64,000 bases of DNA from an uncultured Chloroflexia bacterium (GTDB lineage: Bacteria > Chloroflexota > Limnocylindria > Limnocylindrales > CSP1-4). Below the pieces are notes generated by a model, which had not been told where the DNA came from, did not search any database, and saw only the letters and a program-made list of their open reading frames with translations. Each line of letters begins with the position of its first letter. The first letter of the stretch is position 1. The stretch lies in contig CAWJBJ010000004.1 of assembly GCA_963841135.1 (NCBI GenBank), forward strand, positions 1,517,607 to 1,581,606, read 5' to 3'. Made by a program: the position numbers and the translations under genes. Below are positions 9,111 to 19,815 of this stretch, one piece after another.

Positions 9111-10543
9111 CCGCCAGCTCCCCCGGTTCGGTGGGCCGAGCCCCGGCACTGCCGCGGATCCTCGGTCCGATCCGGCCCCGGCCACGGTGGCACGAGGCGC
9201 GCCTGCTCGCCCTGGTGGCGATCACGCTCGTGGTCGGCAGCCTGTCGCTGGGAGCCACCGTGACCGGCTCGTTCCGCCCGGCGGACCCGCGCGGCCTCGC
9301 CATCTACCTCACGGCGCTCGCGGCCGCGCATGTCGCCCAGGTGCTCGCCGGACGACGGACGGACCAGGTCCTCCTGCCGGTCGTCGCGCTCCTCGGCGGC
9401 ATCTCGCTCCTGTTGATGGAGCGTCTGCCGCAGGACCTCGTCACCCAGACGTTCTTCGGCAATGAGCTCGGCCTCGCCGACGTGCAGCTCGTCTGGCTGC
9501 TGCTGGCGCTGACGATCGCGACGACGCTCGGGATCGTCGTCCGCTCCGACGCCTGGCTGCGCCGCTACAAGTACACGTGGGCCGCCGCGGGCGTCGGGCT
9601 GCTCCTGCTGACCTTCGTGCTCGGGACCGAGATCAACGGCCAGCGGCTGACGCTCCAGCTGGGGCCGATCTCGGGCCAGCCATCCGAGCTCCTCAAGGTC
9701 ATCCTCGTGGTCTTCCTCGCCGGCTACCTGTCGGAGAATCGAGCGCTGCTCGTCGATCAGGACACGCGGGTCGGGCCGCTGCGCCTCCCGCCGCTGCCAT
9801 ACCTGGCCCCGATGGTCGCGATGTGGGCGATCGCCCTGGGCATCGTCGTCGTCCAGCGTGACCTCGGTGCGGCGCTGCTGTTCTTCGGCGTGTTCCTCGC
9901 GCTCGTCTACGTGGCGACCGGCCGGGTGAGCCTCGTCATCATCGGGCTGATCCTGTTCGTGCTGGGCAGCCTCCTCATGGCCTTCCTGTTCGACCATGTC
10001 CGGAACCGGATCGACATCTGGATCGACCCGTTCCGCGACCCGCTCGGCGTCGGCTACCAGGTGGTCCAAGGTCTCCACGCCTTCGCCCGCGGCGGGCTGG
10101 TCGGCGTCGGGCTCGGGGCGGGGCTGCCCGAGGTCGGCGGGCGGCTGCCGATCCCCGAGATCCACACGGACTTCCCGCTCGCGGCCCTCGGCGAGGAGCT
10201 TGGCATCGTCGGCGTCCTCGCGATCCTCGGGCTCTTCCTCATCGTCGTGGAGCGTGGGCTGCGGATCGGCGCCGCTGCGGCCGACGACTTCCGCGCGCTG
10301 CTCGCCATCGGGCTGGCGCTGGTCGTGGGCATCCAGGCGTTCATCATCGCCGCGGGCAACCTGAAGGTTCTGCCGCTGACCGGCGTGACGCTCCCGTTCA
10401 TCAGCTATGGCGGCTCATCGCTCCTCGCGAACTCGCTCGTCGTCGGGCTCCTGCTGGCGCTCTCGGACAAGGGCGTCGAGCCGCCCCCGCCTCCATCCGC
10501 GCCGCGCCGCTGGCGACGGCTGACGAGCCGGCTGGCCCGCTGA
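9107..10543 (+). CDS. rodA: SEDS-family peptidoglycan polymerase (FtsW/RodA/SpoVE family)
   Basis: 478-aa polytopic protein. Motifs PSELLKVILVVFLAGYL, HTDFPLAALGEELGIVG, LPLTGVTLPFISYGGSS. ATGA overlap with fhaB. Confidence 0.9.
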   Translation: MTASSPGSVGRAPALPRILGPIRPRPRWHEARLLALVAITLVVGSLSLGATVTGSFRPADPRGLAIYLTALAAAHVAQVLAGRRTDQVLLPVVALLGGISLLLMERLPQDLVTQTFFGNELGLADVQLVWLLLALTIATTLGIVVRSDAWLRRYKYTWAAAGVGLLLLTFVLGTEINGQRLTLQLGPISGQPSELLKVILVVFLAGYLSENRALLVDQDTRVGPLRLPPLPYLAPMVAMWAIALGIVVVQRDLGAALLFFGVFLALVYVATGRVSLVIIGLILFVLGSLLMAFLFDHVRNRIDIWIDPFRDPLGVGYQVVQGLHAFARGGLVGVGLGAGLPEVGGRLPIPEIHTDFPLAALGEELGIVGVLAILGLFLIVVERGLRIGAAAADDFRALLAIGLALVVGIQAFIIAAGNLKVLPLTGVTLPFISYGGSSLLANSLVVGLLLALSDKGVEPPPPPSAPRRWRRLTSRLAR

Positions 10544-12036
10544 TGCACGGCGACCTCTCCGGCCGGAAGCCCCTGGGGCGCGGCATCCTGCACGTCGCGA
10601 TCGCGCTGTCGGTCGCCTTCGGCCTGCTCGCGGGCGCGGCGGGGTACTGGGGCGTCGTGCGGGCGCCCGAGCTCGTCGTGTCGCCGTACGACCCGGCGGT
10701 CATCGCCGCCGCCCGGACGGTCCCGCGCGGGCGGATCCTCGACCGGGACGGGAAGGTCCTGGCGCGCAACAAGAAGGACGAGAACGGCGAGAACTTCCGC
10801 GTCTATGCAAGCCCGTCGATCAGCCACGTCGTCGGCTACGCGTCGCAGCGCTACGGGACGGCGGGGCTCGAGCGCGCGTACGACGCGGAGCTGGCGGGCC
10901 TCGCGAGCGATCCCCTCGCCGACGCCTTCCGGAAGTTCGGGACCGATCCGTACGATCCCCAGGAGCTGACCCTCTCGCTCTCCTACGACCTGCAGCGTGC
11001 CGCGGTGCGGGCGCTCGGCAAGGATCGCGGCGCGATCGTCATGCTCGATCCCAGGACCGGCGAGGTCCTTGCGCTGGCCTCGACCCCGACGTACGACGCC
11101 TCGGCGCTGGCGAACCCGTCCACCGCCGACGCGACATTCAACGCCCTCCTCGACGACAAGGCGCAACCACTGCTTCCGCGGGCGACCCAGGGCCGCTATG
11201 TCCCGGGCTCGGTGTTCAAGATCGTCACGGCCGTGGCGGGGCTCGGCTCCGGTGCCATCGACCCGGAGACGACCTACAAGGACCAGCCGAAGGCGGAACG
11301 CGACGGGCTGCTCGTCGACGGGTTCCGCGTCCGCGATGGCCACCATCTCGTGACCGGCACGACGCGGCTGGACTTCGTCGGGGCGACCGAGGCGTCGTGC
11401 AACATCTGGTACGCGCTGACCGGCCTCGCGACGGGCGGGGAGGAGCTGGTCCGCTACGCCGACCGGATGGGATTCGATGCGCCGCTGCCGTTCGAGCTGC
11501 CGACCGCGATCTCGCAGGTCACCAACGGCGACGGGTCGGCGCCCGGCGGGTTCGCCGACGACGTCGAGCTGGCGAACGCCGCGTACGGCCAGGCCGAGAC
11601 GTTCGTGACCCCGCTCCAGATGGCGCTGGTCGCGGCCACGATCGCCAATGACGGCGCGCTGATGCGACCGCACCTGGTGACCGCGATCGCCGGCAAGGGC
11701 GGCTCCCGGACGATCGGCCCCGAGCGGATGGCGCAGGTCATCGATGCCGCGGACGCGCGGGACATCGAGGGCGCGATGGTCGCGGCGGTCGAAGGGGACA
11801 TCGGGCGTCAGTTCACGCCCGGCGCGAAGGTCCCGAGCGTCACGACCGCCGGCAAGTCGGGGACGGCGGAGCTCGGCGGGACAGGGGAGCCCCATTCGTG
11901 GTTCATCGGCTTCGCCCCCGCGAACGAGCCGACCGTCGCGATCGCGGTCCTCGTCGAGAAGGGGGGCCGTGGTGGTGAGGTGGCCGCCCCGATCGCCGGC
12001 GACCTGATGACCCGCTACCTGCGCGGAACGCCGTGA
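10543..12036 (+). CDS. pbpA: class B penicillin-binding protein (PbpA-like transpeptidase)
   Basis: 497 aa with N-terminal TM. Transpeptidase motifs SVFK (GSVFKIVTAVAGL), SCN (ASCNIWY), KSGTAE. The start overlaps the rodA stop. Confidence 0.9.
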   Translation: MHGDLSGRKPLGRGILHVAIALSVAFGLLAGAAGYWGVVRAPELVVSPYDPAVIAAARTVPRGRILDRDGKVLARNKKDENGENFRVYASPSISHVVGYASQRYGTAGLERAYDAELAGLASDPLADAFRKFGTDPYDPQELTLSLSYDLQRAAVRALGKDRGAIVMLDPRTGEVLALASTPTYDASALANPSTADATFNALLDDKAQPLLPRATQGRYVPGSVFKIVTAVAGLGSGAIDPETTYKDQPKAERDGLLVDGFRVRDGHHLVTGTTRLDFVGATEASCNIWYALTGLATGGEELVRYADRMGFDAPLPFELPTAISQVTNGDGSAPGGFADDVELANAAYGQAETFVTPLQMALVAATIANDGALMRPHLVTAIAGKGGSRTIGPERMAQVIDAADARDIEGAMVAAVEGDIGRQFTPGAKVPSVTTAGKSGTAELGGTGEPHSWFIGFAPANEPTVAIAVLVEKGGRGGEVAAPIAGDLMTRYLRGTP

Positions 12037-12317
12037 CCGAGCCGGGCTCCCGATCGGGCGACGACGGCGGCGTACGCCACGACGGCCACGACGACCACGA
12101 CCAGGGGCGGCCCGGCGATGCGCCGACCGAGCCCCGTCGACCCCGGCCGTGGCTCGAGCGGATCGGCCTGGGCGCGATCGCGGCGGTGCTCGCGACGATG
12201 TTCGGGGGCGTCGCCGCCGCGTCGTGGGTCGGGGGAGAGCCGTTCCTCGCCGTCATGGGCGGGATCGGCTGCCTGATGACGGCCTGGGTCGGCGCCATCA
12301 CGGTCCTGCGCGGCTGA
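12033..12317 (+). CDS. small hypothetical membrane protein
   Basis: 94 aa. GTGA overlap with the pbpA stop. Charged His/Asp-rich N-terminus, then two hydrophobic segments (IGLGAIAAVLATMFGGVAAASWV, FLAVMGGIGCLMTAWVGAITVL). Confidence 0.45.
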   Translation: MTEPGSRSGDDGGVRHDGHDDHDQGRPGDAPTEPRRPRPWLERIGLGAIAAVLATMFGGVAAASWVGGEPFLAVMGGIGCLMTAWVGAITVLRG

Positions 12318-12679
12318 CACTCGCGCCGGCCGCACCCACGACGCCGCGAAACGTTGACCTGGCGCTGACGCAGCGTTCACCCGGACGGGCCAACCTCGGC
12401 CCGTGGAGGGAGATCGGAGCGTTCGGCAACGGTGACGGCTGGGGGCCGCGACCGGCGCCGGACACCCTCCCGGCTCGGCCGGTGCGGCGGGTGGCTCGTC
12501 CGCTCCAGGCCGATGCTCGTCCGTCGGCGCTGCGTCGCGGGTCCCGTGGGGGGCGGTGCCCGCGACCCGGCGGGCGAGCGCGAGATCGCGCCGCGGCCGA
12601 CGACGGCCGGCGACCCACCCAACCCCGTGGCGACAGACCCGACCGGTCGCTGAACGGCGCTCCGCGACCGGGAGCGCCC

Positions 12680-12709
12680 TGAACCAAGTTCGGCGACACG
12701 ACGTACTAT
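12680..12709 (+). promoter_or_regulatory. candidate promoter TGAACC-18 nt-TACTAT upstream of moxR
   Basis: The only AT-rich hexamer pair in the 490-nt intergenic region. It would give a leader of about 90 nt before ATG 12808. Confidence 0.3.
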
Positions 12710-12807
12710 CCTGCGACGACACACGGGCCCCACTGGGCTCGTCGCACCCCACGAACCCCCGCCGCCCGCGGCGTCCTCGGCGTCGCCCACCCCCGCGAGA
12801 GAGGCCG

Positions 12808-13843
12808 ATGAGCAAGATCCAGGAGACCGGCGACAAGGTCCTCGCCAACGTCGAGCGCGTCATCGTCGGCAAGCACCATGAGGTCCGCCTGGCCCTGGTC
12901 GCGCTGCTGTGCCGCGGTCATCTCCTCATCGAGGACGTGCCAGGCACCGGCAAGACCGTGCTGGCGAAGGCGATCGCCCGGAGCCTCGGCTCCTCGTTCC
13001 GGCGGATCCAGTTCACCCCGGACCTCCTGCCCTCGGATGTCTCCGGCCTGTCGATCTACAACCAGAAGACTCAGGAGTTCGAGTTCCGGCCAGGGCCGAT
13101 CTTCAGCCAGATCGTGCTCGCCGACGAGATCAACCGGGCGACCCCGAAGACCCAGTCGGCCCTCCTCGAATGCATGGAAGAGCGCCAGGCGACGATCGAC
13201 GGCACGACCTACCCGATGCCGGATCCCTTCCTGGTCATCGCGACCCAGAACCCGATCGAGTACGAGGGGACGTTCGCGCTTCCGGAGGCGCAGCTCGATC
13301 GGTTCATGCTGCGACTGCGGCTGGGCTACCCCCAGCCGATCGAGGAGATCGTCATCCTCGACGAGCAGAAGCGGACGCATCCGCTCGAGGACCTCGAGGA
13401 GGTGCTGACCCTCGAGGAGTTGCGCGAGATGCAGGAGAGCCGTCCGCGAGATCTACGTCGACTCGAGCGTCGCGGACTACATCGTCCGGCTCGTCGGGTC
13501 GACCCGCAGCCATCCCGACGTCTACCTCGGCGCCTCACCGCGCGGGTCGATCGCGCTCTATCGAGCGGGTCAGGCGTTGGCCGGCCTCCTCGGGCGCGAC
13601 TACGTCATCCCCGATGACATCAAGGCCCTCGCCGAGCCCGCGCTGGCCCACCGGCTGATCATCAAGACGAGCGCGTCCATCCACGATGTGCAGGCCGGTC
13701 AGGTCGTCCGCGAGCTCCTCGAGACGACATCGATCGAAGGCATCCGACCGACCGGCGCCGGCGGTCCGACGGGCCTGCGAAGCACCACCGGCGCCATCGG
13801 CCGTTCCCGGCGCATAGGGCCCGCGACGCCGGCTGGATCGTGA
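12808..13843 (+). pseudogene. moxR: MoxR-family AAA+ ATPase, one apparent frameshift
   Basis: [60 protein letters not shown]...[22 protein letters not shown]...[22 protein letters not shown]. After LREMQES the frame changes (near 13441) and the protein continues [73 protein letters not shown] (ORF 13577-13843). Confidence 0.9.
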
Positions 13844-13859
13844 GGGGAAGCCGAATCGG

Positions 13860-15116
13860 ATGATCCGCCGTCTCGAACTCCTCCTGGTCAGCGCCTTCCT
13901 GGTGGTGGCCGCCTTCTCGACCGGCTGGCCCTTCCTCTTCTTCCTGCTCTACCTCGCGATCCTCGTCATCGGTGGGTCGTACGTGCTGGTCCGCCTGGGG
14001 CTGACCGACCTCGAGGCGGGCTATGCCGTCAGCCAGCTGCACGGCCACGTCGGCGACCGCATGCGGGTGACCTACACGCTGCGCAACGGCAGCCGGCTCC
14101 CCAAGCTGTGGCTGGAGGTGCACAACCCGAGCACGCTGCCTGGGGCGCTGCCCGGTCGGGCGCTCACGCTCGCGGGCCGCAGCGAGCGGTCGTGGCTGAT
14201 CCGCGTCCCGCTCTCGAGGCGCGGCCACTTCCGGATCGAGCCCCTCCATATCCGCACGGGTGACCCGTTCGGGTTCTTCGAGGCGGCGGCGACCGTCGGC
14301 CAGGGCGTCTCCGTGGTCGTCTATCCGCGACTGGAGCCCATCCCGGCCTGGCGGCTGCCGGCGGCGATCCTCGAGGGCAGCCACGCCTCGCCCGAGCGCA
14401 CGCTCCAGACGACGCCGCTGGCGACGTCGGTCCGTCCGTATGCGCCGGGCGACGCGATGAACCGGATCCACTGGAAGACGACGGCGCGCCATGGCGAGCT
14501 GCAAGTGAAGGAGTTCGACCTCGAGCAGACCGCCGATGCCTGGATCGTCCTCGACCTGCAGCGCGGCATCGGGGGCGGCCGCGGCGACCAGTCGACGACC
14601 GAGGCGGCCATCCGGGTCGCGGCCGCGGTCTCGGACAAGGCGATCGCCGAGAACCGCGCGGTCGGCTTCACGGTCAACGCCGGCCGGACCGCCTTCCTCC
14701 CGGCCGACCGTGGCGGCCGCCAGCACCAGAAGATCATGCAGCTCCTCGCCGCGGTCGAGGCGGACGGCCAGGCGCCCCTCGTCGAGACGTTGATCTCGAC
14801 GGTCGGCCGGCTCCGGCGCGGGATGACCGCGGTCGTCATCACGCCATCGCTCGACCCGTCGTGGGTCCGCCCGCTGGCCAGCCTCCGGACCCGCGGCGTC
14901 GCGTGCGTCGTGGTCACCTTCGACATCGCCGCGTTCGACGAGGCGGCGCGAACCGTGGCCGCGGCGGTCTCCGGCGAGTACGTCGTCAACGACCCGGCTG
15001 CGACCGAGGCCGCCGCGAAGCGCGCCCGGGCGCTGCGCCACGCCCTCGCCGAATACGAGCTGCCGTTCTACGTCGTCCCGCCCGGGCGCCCGCTCGGCGA
15101 GATCCTGACCCGATGA
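13860..15116 (+). CDS. DUF58-domain protein (MoxR-associated, vWA-like)
   Basis: 418 aa with two N-terminal TM segments. RPYAPGDAMNRIHWKTTARHGELQVKEFDLEQTADAWIVLDL is the DUF58 signature as I remember it. Classic position after moxR. Confidence 0.85.
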   Translation: MIRRLELLLVSAFLVVAAFSTGWPFLFFLLYLAILVIGGSYVLVRLGLTDLEAGYAVSQLHGHVGDRMRVTYTLRNGSRLPKLWLEVHNPSTLPGALPGRALTLAGRSERSWLIRVPLSRRGHFRIEPLHIRTGDPFGFFEAAATVGQGVSVVVYPRLEPIPAWRLPAAILEGSHASPERTLQTTPLATSVRPYAPGDAMNRIHWKTTARHGELQVKEFDLEQTADAWIVLDLQRGIGGGRGDQSTTEAAIRVAAAVSDKAIAENRAVGFTVNAGRTAFLPADRGGRQHQKIMQLLAAVEADGQAPLVETLISTVGRLRRGMTAVVITPSLDPSWVRPLASLRTRGVACVVVTFDIAAFDEAARTVAAAVSGEYVVNDPAATEAAAKRARALRHALAEYELPFYVVPPGRPLGEILTR

Positions 15117-17432
15117 ACCGACGCATCCCGCTGGCACCCTCCGAGGGCTGGGCGACCGTCGGGCTCGTCGCGCTGCTGTGCGTCACGATGGCCGCGGCGA
15201 TCGACGATGTCGCCCCGATCCTCGCCCGTGACGACTTCACGGACCTCCTCGTCCCGATGGCGCTGGCGGGGATGCTCATGGGCTTCATCGGCGCGAAGGT
15301 CGGATGGGGCCGGTGGCTCACCTACCTCATCGGGGCGATCTTCGCCGCGCTCATCATCCCGCTCGCGGTCGGGGACCTGCTCATCCGGAACGACTCGACG
15401 CCGATCCAGGGGCTCAGCCCGTTCGCGGCGGCCTACCAGGAGAGCGCGAGGTCGCTGATCAAGGCGGGCATGGACCTGCTCGTCTTCCAGCTCCAGGTGA
15501 CCAACGAGTACGGGCACTTCATCCTGGTCATGGGGCTGCTCGCCTGGGGAACGGCCACCTTCGCGTCATACACCACGTTCGGGCACGCTCGTCCGCTCAA
15601 CGCGATCGTCGTGGTCGGCCTGGTCCTCCTCATCAACATGTCGCTCACCACACGCGACCAGCTCGTGTACCTGGTCCTCTACAGCCTCGCGTCGCTCTTC
15701 CTGCTCATCCGCTACCACGTCATCGAGGAGCAGGCCGAGTGGATCCGGCGCCGGATCGGGGACCCCGCTTCGATCTCGAGCATCTACCTGCGGGGAGGGA
15801 CGCTGTTCATCGTGGCCGCGATCGGCGGCTCGCTCCTGCTCACCAGCGTGGCGTCCTCGGATCCGCTGCGCGGCGCGTGGGGCGGTCTCAGCGGCGGGTC
15901 TCATCGAGTTCTCCCGGTCGATCCAGCGCTACCTGCCCACCGGCGAGAACAGCCGCTCGTACGGCGCCGACTTCGATCCGTCCGGCACGCGGATCTCCGG
16001 GCGGTGGCAGCCCGACTCCAGCCTCGAGGTCACGATCCAGATGGCGGCCGACGAGAAGCGGACGTTCTACTGGCGTGTCACGACCTTCGACCAGTTCGAG
16101 CTGACGAGCTGGCGTTCGAGCCAGGCGGCGTCGATCGTCGTCGACCCGGGCAAGTCGCTCCTCGAGGGATCGGTGGACACACCGAACCCGGATCCCGCCG
16201 TCACCCGCTCGGTCGAGTTCACGGTCACGCCGGACCGGTACCGGGGCCGGCCGATCCTGTCGCCGCTGACGCCGAGCGTCATCGACCAACGGGCCGAGGT
16301 GGGTCTCGTCGGGGACGGCCCGTTCCTCGGGACCATCGAGCGCGACGGCGATGGGCCGTACACGGTCACCGCGCTCGTTCCGATCGAGGGCAACGATCCC
16401 GGGCAGCTGAACCTGGAGAATCTCCGCGCGGCCGGCACGGACTACCCGGTGGAGGTCGAGAGCCTGTATCTCGCGGTGCCCGAGGGTGCGATCCCGGACG
16501 GCGGCCAGGCCGAGGAGCTGTACGACCAGCTCGTCAGCGAGGCGCCATCGCTGGCGCCGATCGACTTCGCGAACTTCCTGCAGACCCGTTTCCGCGAGTC
16601 CGGCCCGAATGCCCTGTTCCAGTACGACACCGACGTGTTCGACCTGCTGAGCGGCGAGTGCAAGGACCTCTCGTCGGTCGAGTGCTTCGCTCGATTCCGG
16701 CAGGGCTATTGCCAGTACTACGCCTCGACGATGGCGATCTTCCTGCGCGAGCAGGGCATCCCCTCGCGGATCGTCGAAGGCTTCCTGCCGGGCAAGCGAA
16801 CGGCCCGCGGCGAAGAGCCGATCATGAACAGCCAGAGCCACCAGTGGGTCGAGGTCTACTTCCCGGGCTACGGCTGGGTGCCCTTCGACCCGACCGGCGG
16901 CAGCGTGGCCCAGCTCGAGGCGCTGCCGTCCGGGCCGCCCGTCACCGGGACGCCGCGACCGCTCCCGAGCTTCGCGCTGCCGTCCCGACCCGATGACGGC
17001 GGGATCGACGAGCCGACCGGCCCGACTGGCGCCGGGACCGTCAACTCGGGCAGCGCCGCCGGTCCGCTCATCGGCATCGCGATCCTGCTCGCAGTGATCG
17101 TCGGCGGGCTCGCGTTCATCGCGTGGCAGCGCGGTCCGCGCAGCGGCACGACGGCCGACCACGCGTACCGGACCGTCACCCGGCTCGCCGGCCGGTTCGG
17201 GTTCGGGCCGCGCCCGACGCAGACCGTCTACGAGTTCTCCGGCGCCCTCGGAGACGTCCTGCCGATCGTCAGGCCGGAGCTCGAGGTGGTCGCGAACGCG
17301 AAGGTCGAGACGTCCTACGGGCGCGGGGTGCTCGGCGACGACAGGCTGAGCGCTCTCCGGGACGCGGAACGGCGCCTCAAGCTCAACATGCTGCGCCTCG
17401 CCCTCCGCCGACGGGACCGCCGCCGCCGGTAG
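15113..17432 (+). pseudogene. transglutaminase-like membrane protein (TgpA-like), one apparent frameshift
   Basis: ATGA overlap with the DUF58 gene. Polytopic N-terminus (ORF 14861- from MNRRIPLAPSEGW). Frame change near 15895, then ORF 16041-17432 with the Cys-His-Asp core GYCQYYASTMAIFLR...SHQWVEVYFPGYGWVPFDPT and a C-terminal TM. Confidence 0.85.
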
Positions 17433-17438
17433 GTCGGC

Positions 17439-18233
17439 TCAGAGTGCTCCGGTCGCCTCCCGGGCGGCCCGCTCCGCAAGCACGGCGGCGTCGAGGACCG
17501 GCGCGAGATGGTCGGTCAGGTTGTGCGCGCGCAGCACCGCGCGACCGGCACGGAGCTCGACGACCGTGATCGCGCACAGGTCGAACGACCACATCCAGAA
17601 CCGTTCGAGGGGCAGGTCGAAGAGCGTCAGCAGCATGACCTTGAAGACGCCGTCGTGGCCGACCACGAGGCTCCACGGCGTGTCGGCCCGGATGCCCCCG
17701 TATCCCGCCACGGGGTCGAGGCGGCCGCCCGCCCCTTCGCGGACCAGGGCCGCGAGGGCGGTGGCGAGGCCCTCCCGGACGCGCTCCGCGACCTGGACGA
17801 TCGACTCGCCGCCGGGTGCCCAGACCTCGGTCGGGCGGAGCCGCCAACCGGCCAGGATGTCGCCGAACCGCGCCTCGATCTCGTCGCGGTGGAGGCCCTC
17901 CCACTCGCCCTGCCCGATCTCCGAGAAGTGCGGGTCCGGACGGAGGCTCGGGTGGCCCGGATGCGCCTCGGCGATCGCGATCGCAGTCTGCGCTGCGCGA
18001 CCCAGCGGCGAGTGGGCGATCTCGTGGGGGCGGCCGGCGGGGATCGGCAGGGCGGGGGAGCGCTCCGGGTCGGCCAGCCGGTCGGCGACCATTGCCGCCT
18101 GCGCCCGACCCGTCGACGACAGCGGCGTGTCGGCCTGGCCCTGGAAGCGGCCCTCGACGATGTACTCGCTCTCGCCGTGCCGGACGAAGACGAGCGTCGC
18201 GTCCAGGCCGGTCGGGATCGGGGAGGCGGTCAG
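17439..18233 (-). CDS. histidine phosphatase family protein (phosphoglycerate-mutase-like)
   Basis: ORF 17439-18092 plus an open in-frame extension encoding TLVFVRHGESEYIVEGRFQGQADTPLSSTGRAQAA (RHG motif). There is no ATG, GTG or TTG upstream of the RHG motif. The candidate start is the CTG at 18233 overlapping the serA stop (CTGA). Confidence 0.75.
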   Translation of the reverse strand: MTASPIPTGLDATLVFVRHGESEYIVEGRFQGQADTPLSSTGRAQAAMVADRLADPERSPALPIPAGRPHEIAHSPLGRAAQTAIAIAEAHPGHPSLRPDPHFSEIGQGEWEGLHRDEIEARFGDILAGWRLRPTEVWAPGGESIVQVAERVREGLATALAALVREGAGGRLDPVAGYGGIRADTPWSLVVGHDGVFKVMLLTLFDLPLERFWMWSFDLCAITVVELRAGRAVLRAHNLTDHLAPVLDAAVLAERAAREATGAL

Positions 18234-19815
18234 CGGTCGCCTCCCAGGCGGATCGTCCAGATGTCCTTGACGTTCTCGTGCGCCCGGATCGCGTCGGCGA
18301 CGCCATCGGGGACGTCGTCGTCGAGGGCCAGGATCATGAGGGCGTCCTCGCGCGGCCGGCTGCGGGCGAGATGCATCGCGCTGATGTTGACGTCCGCCTC
18401 GCCGAGCATGATCCCGATCCGTCCCACCGTTCCCGGCCGGTCCATGTGCCGGGTGATGAGCATGACGTCGGACGGGGCCATGTCGAGGCGGTAGTCGTCG
18501 AGGCGGGTGAGGCGCGGCTCGCCGGCAGCGACCGTCCCCGCGACCGTCGTCGCCACGCCGCGCCGCTCCGTGGACAGCGTCAGCTGCGAGGAGAACGCGC
18601 CGGCGTCAGGGGTCTTGCGCTCGATCACCGTGATGCCCGCGCGCCTTGGCGAGCGCCCCGGCGTTCACCAGGTTGACCCGCTCCATGGTCGTGGACTCGA
18701 GGAGGCCGCGCAGGACGGCTGCGGTCAGCGGCGTGCCGTCGTAGGCGGCGAGGTCGCCGGCGATCTCGAGGGTCAGCGTCTTGAACCCGCCGCGCGTGAA
18801 CTCGGCGAAGAAGCGTCCCAGCACCTCGGCCAGCGGCAGGTAGGGGGCGATCGCGCGGGCCGTCTCGGGCGTGAGGAGCGGGGCGTTCACCGCGTACCTG
18901 GCGCTGCGGCCCTCGAGGACGTCGAGGACCTGTCCCGCGACCTCCTCGGCCACCAGGATCTGGGCCTCCGCGGTCGACGCCCCGAGGTGCGGCGTGAGCA
19001 GCGTGTTCGGCGCCTCGAGCAGGGGCGAATCCGATCGGGGGCTCCTGCTCGAAGACGTCGATCCCCGCCCCGCCGAGCTGCCCCGAGGCCAGGGCCTCGG
19101 CGACCGCCGCCTCGTCGACGACGCCGCCGCGCGCCACGTTCAGGACGATCGAGCCGGGCTTCATCTTCGCGATCGCAGACTTCCCGATCAGCTTGCGCGT
19201 CGCGCGCGTCAGCGGCACGTGGACCGTCACGACGTCCGAGCGCGAGAGCAGCTCGTCGAACTCGACGAGCTCGACGCCGTGGTTGGCCGCCTGCTCCGCG
19301 GTCACGAACGGGTCGACGCCGAGGACCGTCATCTCCATCGCGCGCGCCCGGACCGCGATCGCCTGCCCGATCTTGCCGAGCCCGACGATGCCGATCGTCC
19401 GGCCCCGCAGCTCCAGGCCGGTGAACTGCGCGCGCTTCCACTCCCCGCGCCGCAGCGAGGCGTCCGCGGCCGCGGTCTTCCTCGCGATGCCGTAGAGGAG
19501 TGCGAGCGTGTGCTCCGCGGCCGCGATCGTGTTCCCGGTCGGCGCGTTGACGACCGTGATGCCGGCTCGCGTGGCCGCATCGAGGTCGACGTTGTCGACG
19601 CCGACGCCCGCGCGCCCGATGACGATGAGCCGGCTGCCCGCGCCGATCAGGGCGGCATCGACGTCGACCTGGCTGCGCACGATGAGCGCGTCGTAGTCGG
19701 GCAGGATCGCGCACAGCTCGTCGCGCGACAGCCCGGATCGCTCGTCGACCTGGTGGTTCCCCCGGAGCAGCTCGAGCCCTTCGCCCGCCACCGGTTCGGC
19801 GACCAGGATCCTCAC
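18230..19815 (-). pseudogene. serA: D-3-phosphoglycerate dehydrogenase with C-terminal ACT domain, two apparent frameshifts
   Basis: ORF 18625-19815: MRILVAEPVAGEGLELL...GRAGVGVDNVDLDAATRAGITVVNAP...GIVGLGKIGQ...VARGGVVDE. Frame changes near 19030 (run cgatcggggg) and near 18640. It continues in ORFs 18606-18953 and 18230-18628 (ACT: MLITRHMDRPGTVGRIGIMLGEADVNISAMHL). Confidence 0.9.
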
